Assembly (NCBI GenBank): GCA_038116945.1
Contig: JAYOEY010000002.1
Location: 276,958-340,957 of the forward strand
DNA length: 64,000 nucleotides
Origin: Rhodospirillales bacterium
GTDB lineage: Bacteria > Pseudomonadota > Alphaproteobacteria > MPNO01 > UBA2964
Reading direction: 5' to 3'
Position 1 is the stretch's first letter, and each line of letters begins with the position of its first letter. A model generated the notes under the pieces. It had not been told where the DNA came from and searched no databases. It worked only from the letters and a program-made list of their open reading frames with translations. A program made the translations under genes and the position numbers. This document shows positions 16,108 through 28,566 of the stretch, one piece after another.

Positions 16108-17385
16108 TCAGCCCTCGGGCCGCGCGGGGGGGCGGATGCGGATCGAGGCGAGTCGGTTGCCGCGGCGGCTGATGACCTCGAATCGGAACCCTTCATAGGT
16201 GAATATCTGGCCGCTGTCCGGAATCATGCGCGCGATCTGGATCACCAGGCCCGCGATGGTCGCCGCGTCGGCGTCCGGCAGCATCCAGTCGAACCGGCGG
16301 TTGAGGTCGCGGATGGTGACCCGCCCGTCGACCAGATAGGTGCCGTCGGTCTGCCGGCGGACGCCGACCGGAACCTCGTCGTGCTCGTCCGAAATGTCGC
16401 CGACGATTTCCTCGAGAATATCCTCAAGCGTCACGACGCCTTCGAGCGATCCGTATTCGTCGACGACAAGCGCGAAATGCTCGCGCCGGCGCTGGAAAGC
16501 CTGAAGCTGGTCCAGAAGCGATGTCGATTCCGGGATGAACCAGGGCGGCGTGGTGACCGAGTCGATGTCGATACGGTCGAGGTCGCCGCGATGTTCGTTT
16601 ACGTGACGCAGCAGCGCCTTGGCGTGCAGTACGCCGACTATGTTGTCGGGATCGTTGCGCCACAGCGGAATTCTCGTGAACGGACTTTCAACCACCAGTT
16701 CGACGATTCTGCTCGCGGGCAGGTCCGCATCCACCATGACAAGGTCACGGCGGTGATGCATGACGTCGTGAACGTCCACGTCCGACAGGTCCAGGATGCT
16801 GCGCAGCATTATGCGCTCGTGCCGGACCGCCGGTTCGTCGCCCTGATGCAGTTCTATGGCGCCGCGTAGCCTCTCCTGGGCCTGCGAAAGCTCGTCGCCG
16901 TCGCCGTAACTGATACCCGCAATCCGCATGGTGCCGCGAATGATCAGGTTGATTGTATGCGTCACGGGCGCGAGAACGGCGACCACGTACCGGAAGAACG
17001 GCGCAACCGCGAGCGCCAACCGGTCGGCATTGCGGAACGCGTAGGTCTTGGGCATGACCTCTCCGAAGATCAGCACCAGCAGGGTCATCGCGCCGGTCGC
17101 GTAAAAAACGCCCGCTTCGCCGAACAGACCTATCATCACGCTGGTGGCAAGCGCCGACGCCAGGATATTGACGAGATTGTTGCCGAGCAGGATTGCGCCG
17201 ATCAGCTTTTCCTTCTCCTCGAACAGGTCGACGACAATCCCGGCGCGTCGGTCGCCCTGTTTCTGGAGGAGATGCATGCGCGGCTGCGACGCCGCCGTCA
17301 GGGCGGTTTCCGATCCGGAAAAAATCCCCGACAGCACCAGGAGGACGGAAATTCCGCCGATGGTCATCAGCGTTTCGGTATCCAT
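16108..17385 (-). CDS. HlyC/CorC-family transporter-associated protein (DUF21 + CBS pair + CorC_HlyC C-terminal; TlyC-like)
   Basis: It has four N-terminal TM helices, tandem CBS domains and the C-terminal transporter-associated domain. Confidence 0.85.
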   Translation of the reverse strand: MDTETLMTIGGISVLLVLSGIFSGSETALTAASQPRMHLLQKQGDRRAGIVVDLFEEKEKLIGAILLGNNLVNILASALATSVMIGLFGEAGVFYATGAMTLLVLIFGEVMPKTYAFRNADRLALAVAPFFRYVVAVLAPVTHTINLIIRGTMRIAGISYGDGDELSQAQERLRGAIELHQGDEPAVRHERIMLRSILDLSDVDVHDVMHHRRDLVMVDADLPASRIVELVVESPFTRIPLWRNDPDNIVGVLHAKALLRHVNEHRGDLDRIDIDSVTTPPWFIPESTSLLDQLQAFQRRREHFALVVDEYGSLEGVVTLEDILEEIVGDISDEHDEVPVGVRRQTDGTYLVDGRVTIRDLNRRFDWMLPDADAATIAGLVIQIARMIPDSGQIFTYEGFRFEVISRRGNRLASIRIRPPARPEG

Positions 17386-17430
17386 TGCCTGAATATTCCT
17401 ACCTTGATTTTCCCTTTCGCGAGGCGGCCG

Positions 17431-18546
17431 TCAGGCCGCGATCGCGTGGGCGAGAAGGGCTTCGACCTCGACAAGGTCGACGTCGGATGCGACGAACGCC
17501 TCGCCGATGCCCCGTACGAGTATAAAAGCGATCCGGCCTTCGCTGACCTTCTTGTCCTGGCGCATATGCGCAATCAGGGTTCTCGCGCTCCATCCCTGAC
17601 CGGGCAGCGCGTCGAGGCCCGTGGGCAGCCCGACGGATGCGAGATGGCGCCGCGCGCGTGCGGCGTCTTCGGCGGGGCACAGGCCGAGCCGGACCGACAG
17701 ATCGAAGGCCATGACCATGCCGATCGCTACCGCCTCTCCGTGCAGCAACCCGTCGCCAAACCCCGTTTCGGCTTCCAGCGCGTGACCGAACGTATGGCCC
17801 AGATTGAGAAGCGCACGGCGGCCGGTTTCGCGCTCGTCCTCCGCGACGATCCCTGCCTTGGCGCGGCAGCTTCGCGCTACGGCGTCGCGCCGGAAGGCCG
17901 CATCGCCGTCGATCAGGGCCGCGCCGTTGGCCTCCAGCCAAGAGAAGAATCCGGCATCGCCCAGCAGGCCGTATTTGACGACTTCCGCATAACCCGCGAG
18001 CAGTTCGCGCCTGGGCAGCGTGTCGAGCGCCCCGGTGTCGGCAAGCACGAGCCGCGGCTGATAGAACGCGCCGATCAGGTTCTTGCCGTGCCGCGTGTTG
18101 ATGCCGGTCTTTCCGCCGACGGAACTGTCGACCTGCGCGAGAAGGGAGGTCGGAATCTGGATGAAATCCACGCCCCGCAGAATAATGCTTGCGGCAAAGC
18201 CGGTTATGTCGCCGACGACGCCCCCGCCGAGCGCGATCAGGGTCGAGGCGCGTTCGGGCGTTTCGTCCAGTATTGCGTTGATGAGCCGTTCGAATTCCGC
18301 GAACGACTTGGTTGCCTCGCCCGGCGGCAGCACGATCGAAACACTGTCGATTCCGGCCGCGTCCAGGGATCGGCGCAGGGTTTCGCAATAGAGGTCGGAA
18401 ACGTTCCGGTCCGTCACGATTATCGCCGGCGACCGGCGAACAAGCGGCCTGATAAGGCTGCCGGCATTTTCGATCAGACCCTGCCCAACCAGAATGTCGT
18501 AGCGCCGTTCGCCGAAATCGAGCGACACCGTGTCGACATCGCTCAT
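17431..18546 (-). CDS. aroB: 3-dehydroquinate synthase
   Basis: It has the GGGVVGDITGFAAS NAD-binding motif and metal ligands (HTFGHALE, HGEAVAIG). The start at 18546 overlaps the aroK stop (ATGA). The ORF-track start at 18783 is an extension. Confidence 0.9.
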   Translation of the reverse strand: MSDVDTVSLDFGERRYDILVGQGLIENAGSLIRPLVRRSPAIIVTDRNVSDLYCETLRRSLDAAGIDSVSIVLPPGEATKSFAEFERLINAILDETPERASTLIALGGGVVGDITGFAASIILRGVDFIQIPTSLLAQVDSSVGGKTGINTRHGKNLIGAFYQPRLVLADTGALDTLPRRELLAGYAEVVKYGLLGDAGFFSWLEANGAALIDGDAAFRRDAVARSCRAKAGIVAEDERETGRRALLNLGHTFGHALEAETGFGDGLLHGEAVAIGMVMAFDLSVRLGLCPAEDAARARRHLASVGLPTGLDALPGQGWSARTLIAHMRQDKKVSEGRIAFILVRGIGEAFVASDVDLVEVEALLAHAIAA

Positions 18547-19127
18547 ACCGCCGCCTCGGCCAGCCGATCCTGTATTTTCGACAGCATGTCGATTACGCGG
18601 TTCACCGTTACATCGGGCGCCTCCCGCGCGGAATCTACGGTAATGTCCGCCTGGGCGTATACCGGATACCGTTCCTCCATCAGCCGTCGGAGCGTCTTGC
18701 TGCGGCTGCCTTTCGCAAGCAGGGGGCGTCCGCCGCGCCGCGCCGTGCGCTGCACCAGCAGGTCGAGGTCGGCCCGCAACCATACCGAAACGGCTTTCTT
18801 CGCGATCATCGCCCTGACTTCGTCATCGATAAAGGCGCCGCCGCCGGTTGCCATGACATGCGGCGGTTCTTTCAGCAGCCGTGCAATTACGCGCCGTTCT
18901 CCGTCGCGGAAGGCGGGCTCTCCGTAAAGTTCGAAAATGTCCGGAATCGAGCAGCCGGCCGCCTCCTCGATTTCGTCATCCGCGTCGATAAACGGCCGAT
19001 TGAGGCGCTCCGCGAGCCCGCGCCCGATACAGCTTTTGCCTGCCCCCATCAGACCGACGAGAACGATCGTACAATTCGGGATGATCTCCGGCGCGATCTG
19101 CTCAGCACCCTCTTTTTTTTTCGTCAT
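18543..19127 (-). CDS. aroK: Shikimate kinase
   Basis: It has the Walker A motif GLMGAGKS and an N-terminus MTKKKEGAEQ… typical of alphaproteobacterial AroK. The ORF-track start at 19229 is an extension. Confidence 0.85.
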   Translation of the reverse strand: MTKKKEGAEQIAPEIIPNCTIVLVGLMGAGKSCIGRGLAERLNRPFIDADDEIEEAAGCSIPDIFELYGEPAFRDGERRVIARLLKEPPHVMATGGGAFIDDEVRAMIAKKAVSVWLRADLDLLVQRTARRGGRPLLAKGSRSKTLRRLMEERYPVYAQADITVDSAREAPDVTVNRVIDMLSKIQDRLAEAAV

Positions 19128-19375
19128 GGTTCCGTATGCGTCAGTTTGCGTGCGCGACCACCAAGCCTGTCCGGACAGCAGAACGCTCCAGGCATTGATG
19201 CGATTCACCGGAGCCGGTAGACTGCCCAAAATTAGCCATGGTTGGCCGATAAAAGCGTAACGCTTTTGAATATATGACGGATTCGGCGCGTTGTCGCCAG
19301 TAAACGCGACCGCGTTCGATACTTCTCAGAGCAGCTGTCCGATCCGGGTTTTTCACGTTTCCAGCAGGCTTCCAT

Positions 19376-19516
19376 GACGCGTTTTACCCTTGTGCTTTTT
19401 CTGATTCTGCTGATCGCCGTACTCGGCGGAGCGGCGTTTCTCGCCATGTGGGATATACCGGCGCCGTCGACGGTAGTGGAAAAGACGCTTCCCGATGACC
19501 GTTTTCCGCGTTAGCG
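19376..19516 (+). CDS. Putative small membrane protein (46 aa), not in ORF track
   Basis: An ATG at 19376 opens an ORF encoding MTRFTLVLFLILLIAVLGGAAFLAMWDIPAPSTVVEKTLPDDRFPR, which contains a single strong TM helix. Its stop overlaps the start of the next gene in another frame. Confidence 0.3.
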
Positions 19517-21438
19517 CCGTCTTTTTCGCGGCAGGGCTGGCGCTCGGCGCGCTGCCCTCTGACCTGTCCGCTCTGGAAGGAACGAGTAGCCCGCTGTTCG
19601 TCGCCCAGGCGGCGCAGGGCCCCGTTCATCTGGGACCGCGCCGTTCGGCGTCGCCGCCGGACGGGCCGGCGGCCCAGCCGCCCTCCCCGCCGCCGGCGCC
19701 GGAAAACGCTCCGGAAGCTGCTCCGCCGGCGGGGCCCTTCGCTCCCGTCGTTGTCGAGGCCCTCACGGACATCGATGGCGACTCCATCGGCACGCTCGAA
19801 GACGGGAACGGCGGTCTCGGCGTAGACATGTGGCGCGGCGCGGACCGCGTATTCGTCGAGCGGCTCGTTGCCAGGATTCCCGAGCGGATGCGGTCGCCTG
19901 CTCTGCGCGATCTCGCCCGACGGGTTCTGCTGACGAGCGCTTTTGCGCCCCCGCGGCGCAGCGGCGGGCCGAGCCTGCTGTCGATGCGTATCGGCGCCCT
20001 GTTTGCATCCGGCGAACTGAAGGCGGCACTGGGACTCATCGCCGCGGCGCCGGTCGGCCAGATCGAGGAATCGCTTGTGCGGACCGAGGTAGAGGCCCGC
20101 CTGTTCGATTTCGACACGGCGCGGGCCTGCGACATTGTCCGGGGGCCGGCCCAGGGATACACGGGCCTGTTCTGGCAGCAGGCAAGCGCCTTTTGCCTGA
20201 TGTTGTCGGGAAACGCGTCGGAAGCGGCGTTGATATCCGAATTGCTGGCGGAGCGAAGCGAAGCCGTGCACCCCTCGTTTTTCGCAACGATGGAAGGTTT
20301 GGCCGGCGCTACGCCGCCCGCGGTGGAAAGCATGCGCGAACCCACCGCGCTCCGGATTGCGATGATGCGCGCCGCCAATCTGGCGCTTCCGCCGGATGTC
20401 GGGGAGCAGGCCTCGCCCGCTGCGTTGCAGGCCGTTGCCCGGAGTCCAAATGCGCCGATCGGAGTTCGCCTCGCGGCTGGGGAAGCGGCCATGCATCTTG
20501 GCGCTCTCTCGCCGCAGGTCCTGCTGGAAATCTACGGCGCCGTGCCCCTCAACAGGGACGACATCGAGAAGGCGGCGCAGCGGGGAGACGAGCTCTGGGG
20601 ACCTGCCGGGCGCGCGCTGATCCTGCGCGGCGCGCTGTCCGCGCCGTCGCCGACAGAGGCGTCTAAAATGCTGCAGCTCGGATTTTCGATCGCGCGCACG
20701 AAGGGCGACGCCCTTCTGATGTACCGCGCGGCCGCGCCATTGATCGAGAAGATCCCTCCGGCGCGGGAAATGTCCTGGTTTGCCGCCGATGCCGTCCGGG
20801 CTCTGGTTGCTTCCGGATCGATCGAGAAGGCGCGCGGGTGGCTTTCGATCGCGACCGGAGAAGGCGCAGACCCGTCGGTTTCGGCGACGCTCTGGCCGTT
20901 CGCCGCGTTGATGCCGCCAGGCGTCGGCGAAACAGTGAACAAGGCCGCGGTCGCTGTTGTTGAGAATGCGGCCGATCCCCCCGATCCGCAGGCCCCGGTA
21001 TCCGGGCCCGCCCCCGAATCCGGGCGTCCCGACGCCGATACGCCTGGCGCCGTAACGCCCGAGGCGTTGGAACGCTGGTGGCGCTCGGTCGATCGCGCCG
21101 GCGCCGATGTCGTAAGCCGGGCGGCGGTTCTGTTCAGCGTACTTGAAGCGTTGTCGTTGCCCGTTTCCTCGGCCCACTGGGCCCTCGTTCTCGACCGTTT
21201 GCCGACGGCCGCGGCATCCGTTCCGCCACTCGGCACGCGCAACGGTCTGCGCCACGCCTCCCGCATCGGGAGCCGGGGCGCCGTCGCCGGCTTCGCGCTT
21301 GCGGCGATCGGACCCGGTGGTCCCGGCGTCGAAAACCTGCCGGCGGTCGAGCAGGCGATCATCGCGTTCCGCCAGGTCGGCCTGGACAACGAGGCCCGCC
21401 GGATCGCGCTCGAGACGCTGGTCGCGGCGGGGCTTTAG
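19495..21438 (+). CDS. Conserved hypothetical secreted protein (signal peptide, Pro/Ala-rich linker, large alpha-helical domain)
   Basis: It has an N-terminal signal-like segment MTVFRVSAVFFAAGLALGALPS, then a PAPENAPEAAPPAGP linker. It ends 1 nt before xerD. Confidence 0.6.
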   Translation: MTVFRVSAVFFAAGLALGALPSDLSALEGTSSPLFVAQAAQGPVHLGPRRSASPPDGPAAQPPSPPPAPENAPEAAPPAGPFAPVVVEALTDIDGDSIGTLEDGNGGLGVDMWRGADRVFVERLVARIPERMRSPALRDLARRVLLTSAFAPPRRSGGPSLLSMRIGALFASGELKAALGLIAAAPVGQIEESLVRTEVEARLFDFDTARACDIVRGPAQGYTGLFWQQASAFCLMLSGNASEAALISELLAERSEAVHPSFFATMEGLAGATPPAVESMREPTALRIAMMRAANLALPPDVGEQASPAALQAVARSPNAPIGVRLAAGEAAMHLGALSPQVLLEIYGAVPLNRDDIEKAAQRGDELWGPAGRALILRGALSAPSPTEASKMLQLGFSIARTKGDALLMYRAAAPLIEKIPPAREMSWFAADAVRALVASGSIEKARGWLSIATGEGADPSVSATLWPFAALMPPGVGETVNKAAVAVVENAADPPDPQAPVSGPAPESGRPDADTPGAVTPEALERWWRSVDRAGADVVSRAAVLFSVLEALSLPVSSAHWALVLDRLPTAAASVPPLGTRNGLRHASRIGSRGAVAGFALAAIGPGGPGVENLPAVEQAIIAFRQVGLDNEARRIALETLVAAGL

Positions 21439-21439
21439 G

Positions 21440-22390
21440 ATGTCGCAGCGTTCTTGCCCTCCGCCGTCCAGAGAGGTCGCGACCTTTCTGGAGATGCTGA
21501 TGGTGGAACGCGGCCTGTCCCCGTCGACGCGCGAGTCCTATGCGCGCGATCTGGCCCTGTTCGAAACCTTCTGCGCAAAACGCGGGGGGCACGCAGCGGC
21601 CGCCGACATCGATTGCGTCCGCGCCTGGCTGTCCCAGCAGCGTCGCGCCGGCATGACCCCGAGAACCGCATCCAGGCGTCTGTCGGCGCTGCGGCAGTTT
21701 TTCCGTTTTCTTGTCGCGGAGGGCGTTCGCGCCGACGATCCGTCGGGTTCGATCGACAGCCCCCGTCTGGGCCGCCCGCTTCCCAGGGTCCTGGGAGAGG
21801 ACGAGGTCGGTCGCCTTCTGGCGGCGGCGGCCGGGATCGAGGGCGTCCCCGGCATCCGGATGACGGCGCTGATGGAGCTTCTTTATTCCACCGGGCTTCG
21901 CGTTTCCGAACTGGTCGGGCTGCCGGTCGGCGGCTGGTCGCGCGACCGCGCGATGCTTGTCGTGCGCGGCAAGGGCGGAAAGGAACGGATGATTCCCGTC
22001 GGCGCGCCGGCGCGGGAGGCGCTTCTCGCATGGCTTCCGCACCGCCGGGTCGATATCTCGGGGCGCGGGGAGTCGCCCTGGATGTTTCCGTCCCGGCGGT
22101 CGCGCAGCGGCCATCTCACGCGCGGCAGGTTCGCGTCCGACCTCAAGGAACTGGCCGTCGCCGCCGGGCTGGATCCGGGGCTTGTGTCGCCGCACGTCCT
22201 GCGTCACGCTTTCGCCAGTCATCTGCTGGCCCATGATGCCGATTTGCGGTCGGTTCAGCAGATGCTGGGGCATGCGGATATTTCAACGACTCAGATTTAC
22301 ACGCATGTTCTGGACGAGCGGATGAAATCCCTGGTTCGCGACAGGCATCCGCTCGCCGGTCAGCCGGCGTCAATTTTTCTGGGCGGCTGA
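21440..22390 (+). CDS. xerD: Site-specific tyrosine recombinase XerD (chromosome dimer resolution)
   Basis: It has the N-terminal SAM-like core-binding domain (FLEMLMVERGLSPSTRESYARDL) and the catalytic RHRY tetrad (…R…HVLRHAFA…Y). It sits in a housekeeping context and is not phage-like. Confidence 0.85.
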   Translation: MSQRSCPPPSREVATFLEMLMVERGLSPSTRESYARDLALFETFCAKRGGHAAAADIDCVRAWLSQQRRAGMTPRTASRRLSALRQFFRFLVAEGVRADDPSGSIDSPRLGRPLPRVLGEDEVGRLLAAAAGIEGVPGIRMTALMELLYSTGLRVSELVGLPVGGWSRDRAMLVVRGKGGKERMIPVGAPAREALLAWLPHRRVDISGRGESPWMFPSRRSRSGHLTRGRFASDLKELAVAAGLDPGLVSPHVLRHAFASHLLAHDADLRSVQQMLGHADISTTQIYTHVLDERMKSLVRDRHPLAGQPASIFLGG

Positions 22391-22420
22391 TCGCACGCCG
22401 CCAATACGGAGACGAGACCG

Positions 22421-23380
22421 ATGCAAAGCTTTCTGGATTTCGAAAAAGGCATCGCCGAACTCGAAGGCAAGATGGAGGAGCTTCGTCATCTCTCCGATAT
22501 CGGGGATATCAAGATTGCCGACGAGGTGTCCCGGCTCCAGACGCGGATCGACCGGTCGCTGAAGCAGATCTACGCCAAGCTGACGCCATGGCAGACCGTG
22601 ATGGTCGCCCGTCACCCCAACCGGCCGCACTGCCTGGATTTCATCGAGGGTCTGATCGAGGATTTTACACCCATGGCCGGCGACCGGGCGTTTGCCGAGG
22701 ATTACGCGATCATCGGCGGAATCGGACGTTTCCGCGGCCGCTCTGTCGTGGTGATCGGCCAGGAAAAGGGCGACGATGCCGAGACCCGCGTCAGACATAA
22801 TTTCGGTATGGCGCGGCCCGAGGGCTACCGGAAGGCCCAGCGTCTCATGCGGCTTGCCGAACGGTTCCGGATTCCCGTGGTTACCTTCGTCGACACGCCC
22901 GGCGCCTATCCCGGAATCGGGGCGGAGGAGCGCGGACAGGCGGAAGCGATCGCCAAATCCATCGAGGTCTGTCTGGATCTCAGAACGCCGATCGTCAGCG
23001 TCGTCATCGGCGAAGGCGGCTCTGGCGGCGCAATCGCCATCGCAGCCGCCAACAGGGTCATGATGATGGAACACGCGGTCTATTCGGTGATTTCGCCGGA
23101 AGGCTGCGCCTCGATCCTCTGGCGGAGCGCCGATCATGCCGAGGAAGCGGCGGAGGCGCTCAAGATGAGGGCCGGCGATCTGCTTGAACTCGGCGTTATC
23201 GACGCGGTGATTCCGGAGCCGCTTGGCGGCGCGCACCGCAACCCGGCGCAGGCCGTTCAGGCCGTCGGCGACGCGATCGAGGAGGCTCTGGGCGATATCG
23301 TCGTGCAGGATGGCGCCGCGCTCCGCAGCGCGAGGCGCGAACGGTTCATCACCATGGGAAACGAGGCGCTGTCAGGCTGA
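22421..23380 (+). CDS. accA: Acetyl-CoA carboxylase carboxyltransferase subunit alpha
   Basis: It is near-collinear with E. coli AccA (MARPEGYRKA, DTPGAYPGIGAEERGQ, ISPEGCASILW, IPEPLGGAHRNP). Confidence 0.92.
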   Translation: MQSFLDFEKGIAELEGKMEELRHLSDIGDIKIADEVSRLQTRIDRSLKQIYAKLTPWQTVMVARHPNRPHCLDFIEGLIEDFTPMAGDRAFAEDYAIIGGIGRFRGRSVVVIGQEKGDDAETRVRHNFGMARPEGYRKAQRLMRLAERFRIPVVTFVDTPGAYPGIGAEERGQAEAIAKSIEVCLDLRTPIVSVVIGEGGSGGAIAIAAANRVMMMEHAVYSVISPEGCASILWRSADHAEEAAEALKMRAGDLLELGVIDAVIPEPLGGAHRNPAQAVQAVGDAIEEALGDIVVQDGAALRSARRERFITMGNEALSG

Positions 23381-23408
23381 AGCAAATTCCGTATCGGCGG
23401 AAATCGCC

Positions 23409-26219
<2,811 letters not shown>

Positions 26220-26426
26220 CGGGCCTCTCTGATTTCCGGAATCTCTTGCAGGGTCTGCAATTTAGCATATAAGCGAGCGTCAGAGACATAAGAAGCAGCC
26301 GGGCTTCTGTCAATGTCGCAGAAATTTGTTCGACCCCGCAAATATGCGGTCCGGCGGTTGACGTTTTCTTGCTCTCAGCGCAAAAACCCGCCGGTTTATA
26401 GCGGAACCTGTTGGTGATCGATCCAA

Positions 26427-27659
26427 ATGACCAGTAAATCGCCCTTGGCACCAGAAAAATTCCCCGAAATTCCCGCCATCGCCGGCGTCGAGATCGCCGG
26501 CGCGGCCTGCGGTCTCAAGGAAAGCGGCCGACCGGACCTGTTCGTCGCGCGTCTTGCGAAAGGAACGACCGTCGCCGGCGCCTTCACCCGCTCGCTCTGT
26601 CCGTCCGGTCCGGTCGACTGGTGCCGAAAAATACTGCCCAAGGGCAGGGCGCGGGCGATTGTCGTCAATTCCGGCAACGCCAACGCCTTTACCGGCAAGG
26701 CCGGAGACAGGACGGTCGAACATACGGTTCGCGCGGCGGCGAAGCTGGTGGGATGCGCGCAGAACGAGGTCTTTATCGCATCGACCGGCGTCATCGGCGT
26801 TCCGGTGCCGCCCGATCACATCGCCGACAAACTCTTCGGCATGATCCCGAAACTGAGGCCGAACGCCTGGACCGATGCGGCGGCCGCGATCCTGACGACC
26901 GATACCTTTCCCAAGGGTTCGGTGCGGACCGCGACGATCGGCGGCGTAGAAGTGACGATCGCCGGAATCGCCAAGGGCTCGGGCATGATCGCCCCTGACA
27001 TGGCGACCATGCTCGGCTTTATCTTTACCGATGCGAAAATCCCTGCCGACGTGCTTCAGGCGCTGCTGACCCGCGCGGTCGACGAATCGTTCAACGCAAC
27101 GACGGTGGACGGCGACACGTCGACAAGCGATACGGTGCTGCTGTGCGCGACAGGCGCGGGTGCGAAGCATCCGGCGGTCAGGAGCGCGGGCGATGCCGCC
27201 CTTCGCGGCTTCAGGCGTGCCCTGACGGAGGTCGCGCAGGACCTGGCGATCCAGATCGTGCGCGACGGCGAAGGGGCGCAGAAGCTGATCACCATCGATG
27301 TGACGGGGGCGACCTCCAACGCCGCCGCCCGCAAGATCGGGCTCGCCATCGCCAACTCGCCGCTGGTCAAGACGGCGGCTGCGGGCGGAGATCCCAACTG
27401 GGGCCGGCTCGTGATGGCGGTCGGCAAGGCGGGCCAGAAGGCCGACCGCGACCTGCTGTCGGTTTTTATCGGTGGCGTACCGGTGACGAGGAACGGCCAG
27501 CTTCGCGACGATTACGACGAAGCGAGGGCCGAAGCCCACATGGCCGGCAAGGAAGTGACTTTCGGGGTCGATATCGGGCTCGGAAAAGGGCATGCGCGGG
27601 TCTGGACCTGCGATCTCACGCACGGCTACATCACGATCAATGCCGATTACCGAACCTGA
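26427..27659 (+). CDS. argJ: Bifunctional glutamate N-acetyltransferase / amino-acid acetyltransferase
   Basis: It has the ArgJ autoproteolytic site region (…[11 protein letters not shown]…) and family-wide conservation. Confidence 0.9.
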   Translation: MTSKSPLAPEKFPEIPAIAGVEIAGAACGLKESGRPDLFVARLAKGTTVAGAFTRSLCPSGPVDWCRKILPKGRARAIVVNSGNANAFTGKAGDRTVEHTVRAAAKLVGCAQNEVFIASTGVIGVPVPPDHIADKLFGMIPKLRPNAWTDAAAAILTTDTFPKGSVRTATIGGVEVTIAGIAKGSGMIAPDMATMLGFIFTDAKIPADVLQALLTRAVDESFNATTVDGDTSTSDTVLLCATGAGAKHPAVRSAGDAALRGFRRALTEVAQDLAIQIVRDGEGAQKLITIDVTGATSNAAARKIGLAIANSPLVKTAAAGGDPNWGRLVMAVGKAGQKADRDLLSVFIGGVPVTRNGQLRDDYDEARAEAHMAGKEVTFGVDIGLGKGHARVWTCDLTHGYITINADYRT

Positions 27660-28068
27660 GTCCGCAGCGCTTCCCATCGTTCTGGTCGCCGCCGTCGCGC
27701 TGGTGGATATCGACGGCAGGGTTCTCATCGCGCAGCGCCCCGACGGCAAGGCGATGGCCGGCCTGTGGGAATTTCCCGGCGGCAAGGTGGACGAGGGAGA
27801 AACGCCCGAGGAAGCGCTGATCCGGGAACTTCAGGAAGAACTCGGTATCGATACGGAAGAGAGCTGCCTTGCGCCCTTTACCTTTGCCTCGCACCGTTAT
27901 GAGACGTTCCATCTGCTGATGCCGCTCTATGTCTGCCGGGTCTGGCAGGGAGAGGCGGAAGCGCGCGAGGGACAGACCCTGAAATGGGTTCGCCCGGACC
28001 GGTTGCGCGACTATCCCATGCCGCCCGCGGACGTGCCGCTGATCGCGATGTTGCGCGATCTGCTGTGA
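27640..28068 (+). CDS. mutT: NUDIX hydrolase (8-oxo-dGTP diphosphatase MutT-like)
   Basis: It has the Nudix box [30 protein letters not shown]. The start at 27640 overlaps the argJ 3' end by 20 nt. The ORF-track start at 27592 is an extension. Confidence 0.8.
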   Translation: MPITEPESAALPIVLVAAVALVDIDGRVLIAQRPDGKAMAGLWEFPGGKVDEGETPEEALIRELQEELGIDTEESCLAPFTFASHRYETFHLLMPLYVCRVWQGEAEAREGQTLKWVRPDRLRDYPMPPADVPLIAMLRDLL

Positions 28069-28071
28069 TTC

Positions 28072-28392
28072 TCAGGAACCGAGCGACCGGATATAGGCGA
28101 CGAGATCGTCGATTTCCCGCCGTCCGAGATCGAGATTCGGCATCGGGTAATGCGGGTTGGCGATAAAGCGCTTCAGATAGGCGTCCGTTTTTTTGCCGTC
28201 GTTCGCGATCGACAGAAAGGTTGGCGCCGGAGCGGCGGGCTGCCGTTCGCTGTCGCGGGAGACGAGATGGCAGGACGAACACCATGTCATGGCGAGCCCG
28301 GCGCCGCGCGAGGCATCCGCCGCCGCGACCGGTTCAGACAGGGCGAATAGCGCGGCGGCGCATAGCGGCGCGAAAGTGCTGAAGCGGGACAT
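28072..28392 (-). CDS. Cytochrome c family protein (monohaem, secreted)
   Basis: It has a signal peptide and the haem-binding motif CSSCH. Confidence 0.8.
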   Translation of the reverse strand: MSRFSTFAPLCAAALFALSEPVAAADASRGAGLAMTWCSSCHLVSRDSERQPAAPAPTFLSIANDGKKTDAYLKRFIANPHYPMPNLDLGRREIDDLVAYIRSLGS

Positions 28393-28566
28393 CGGGATTT
28401 CCTCCGGCGTTTAGAAGAATACGGGCTGTGGTTTTGATATGTTCAGTCTTCCGGGACGTCGCAAGGTCCGCGTCCCGAGATAACGTGAATCCCGCATCTG
28501 GCCCGGGTCGGGACTACCTGCCATACTCCGACGCTCCGTCGGTCGAGCGTTGAAAGCCTGTCCTTC

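Noticed and set aside
19384-21255. 623-aa minus ORF opposite the 647-aa secreted protein gene
   Set aside because: It is an R/G-rich antisense artefact, and the plus-strand gene terminates 1 nt before xerD in a conserved arrangement.
21440-22390. XerD considered as marker of an integrative mobile element
   Set aside because: It has the typical chromosomal XerD N-terminus and is flanked by accA, secA and aroK/aroB housekeeping genes. No attachment-site repeats, tRNA, excisionase or cargo genes are present, and there is no GC shift.
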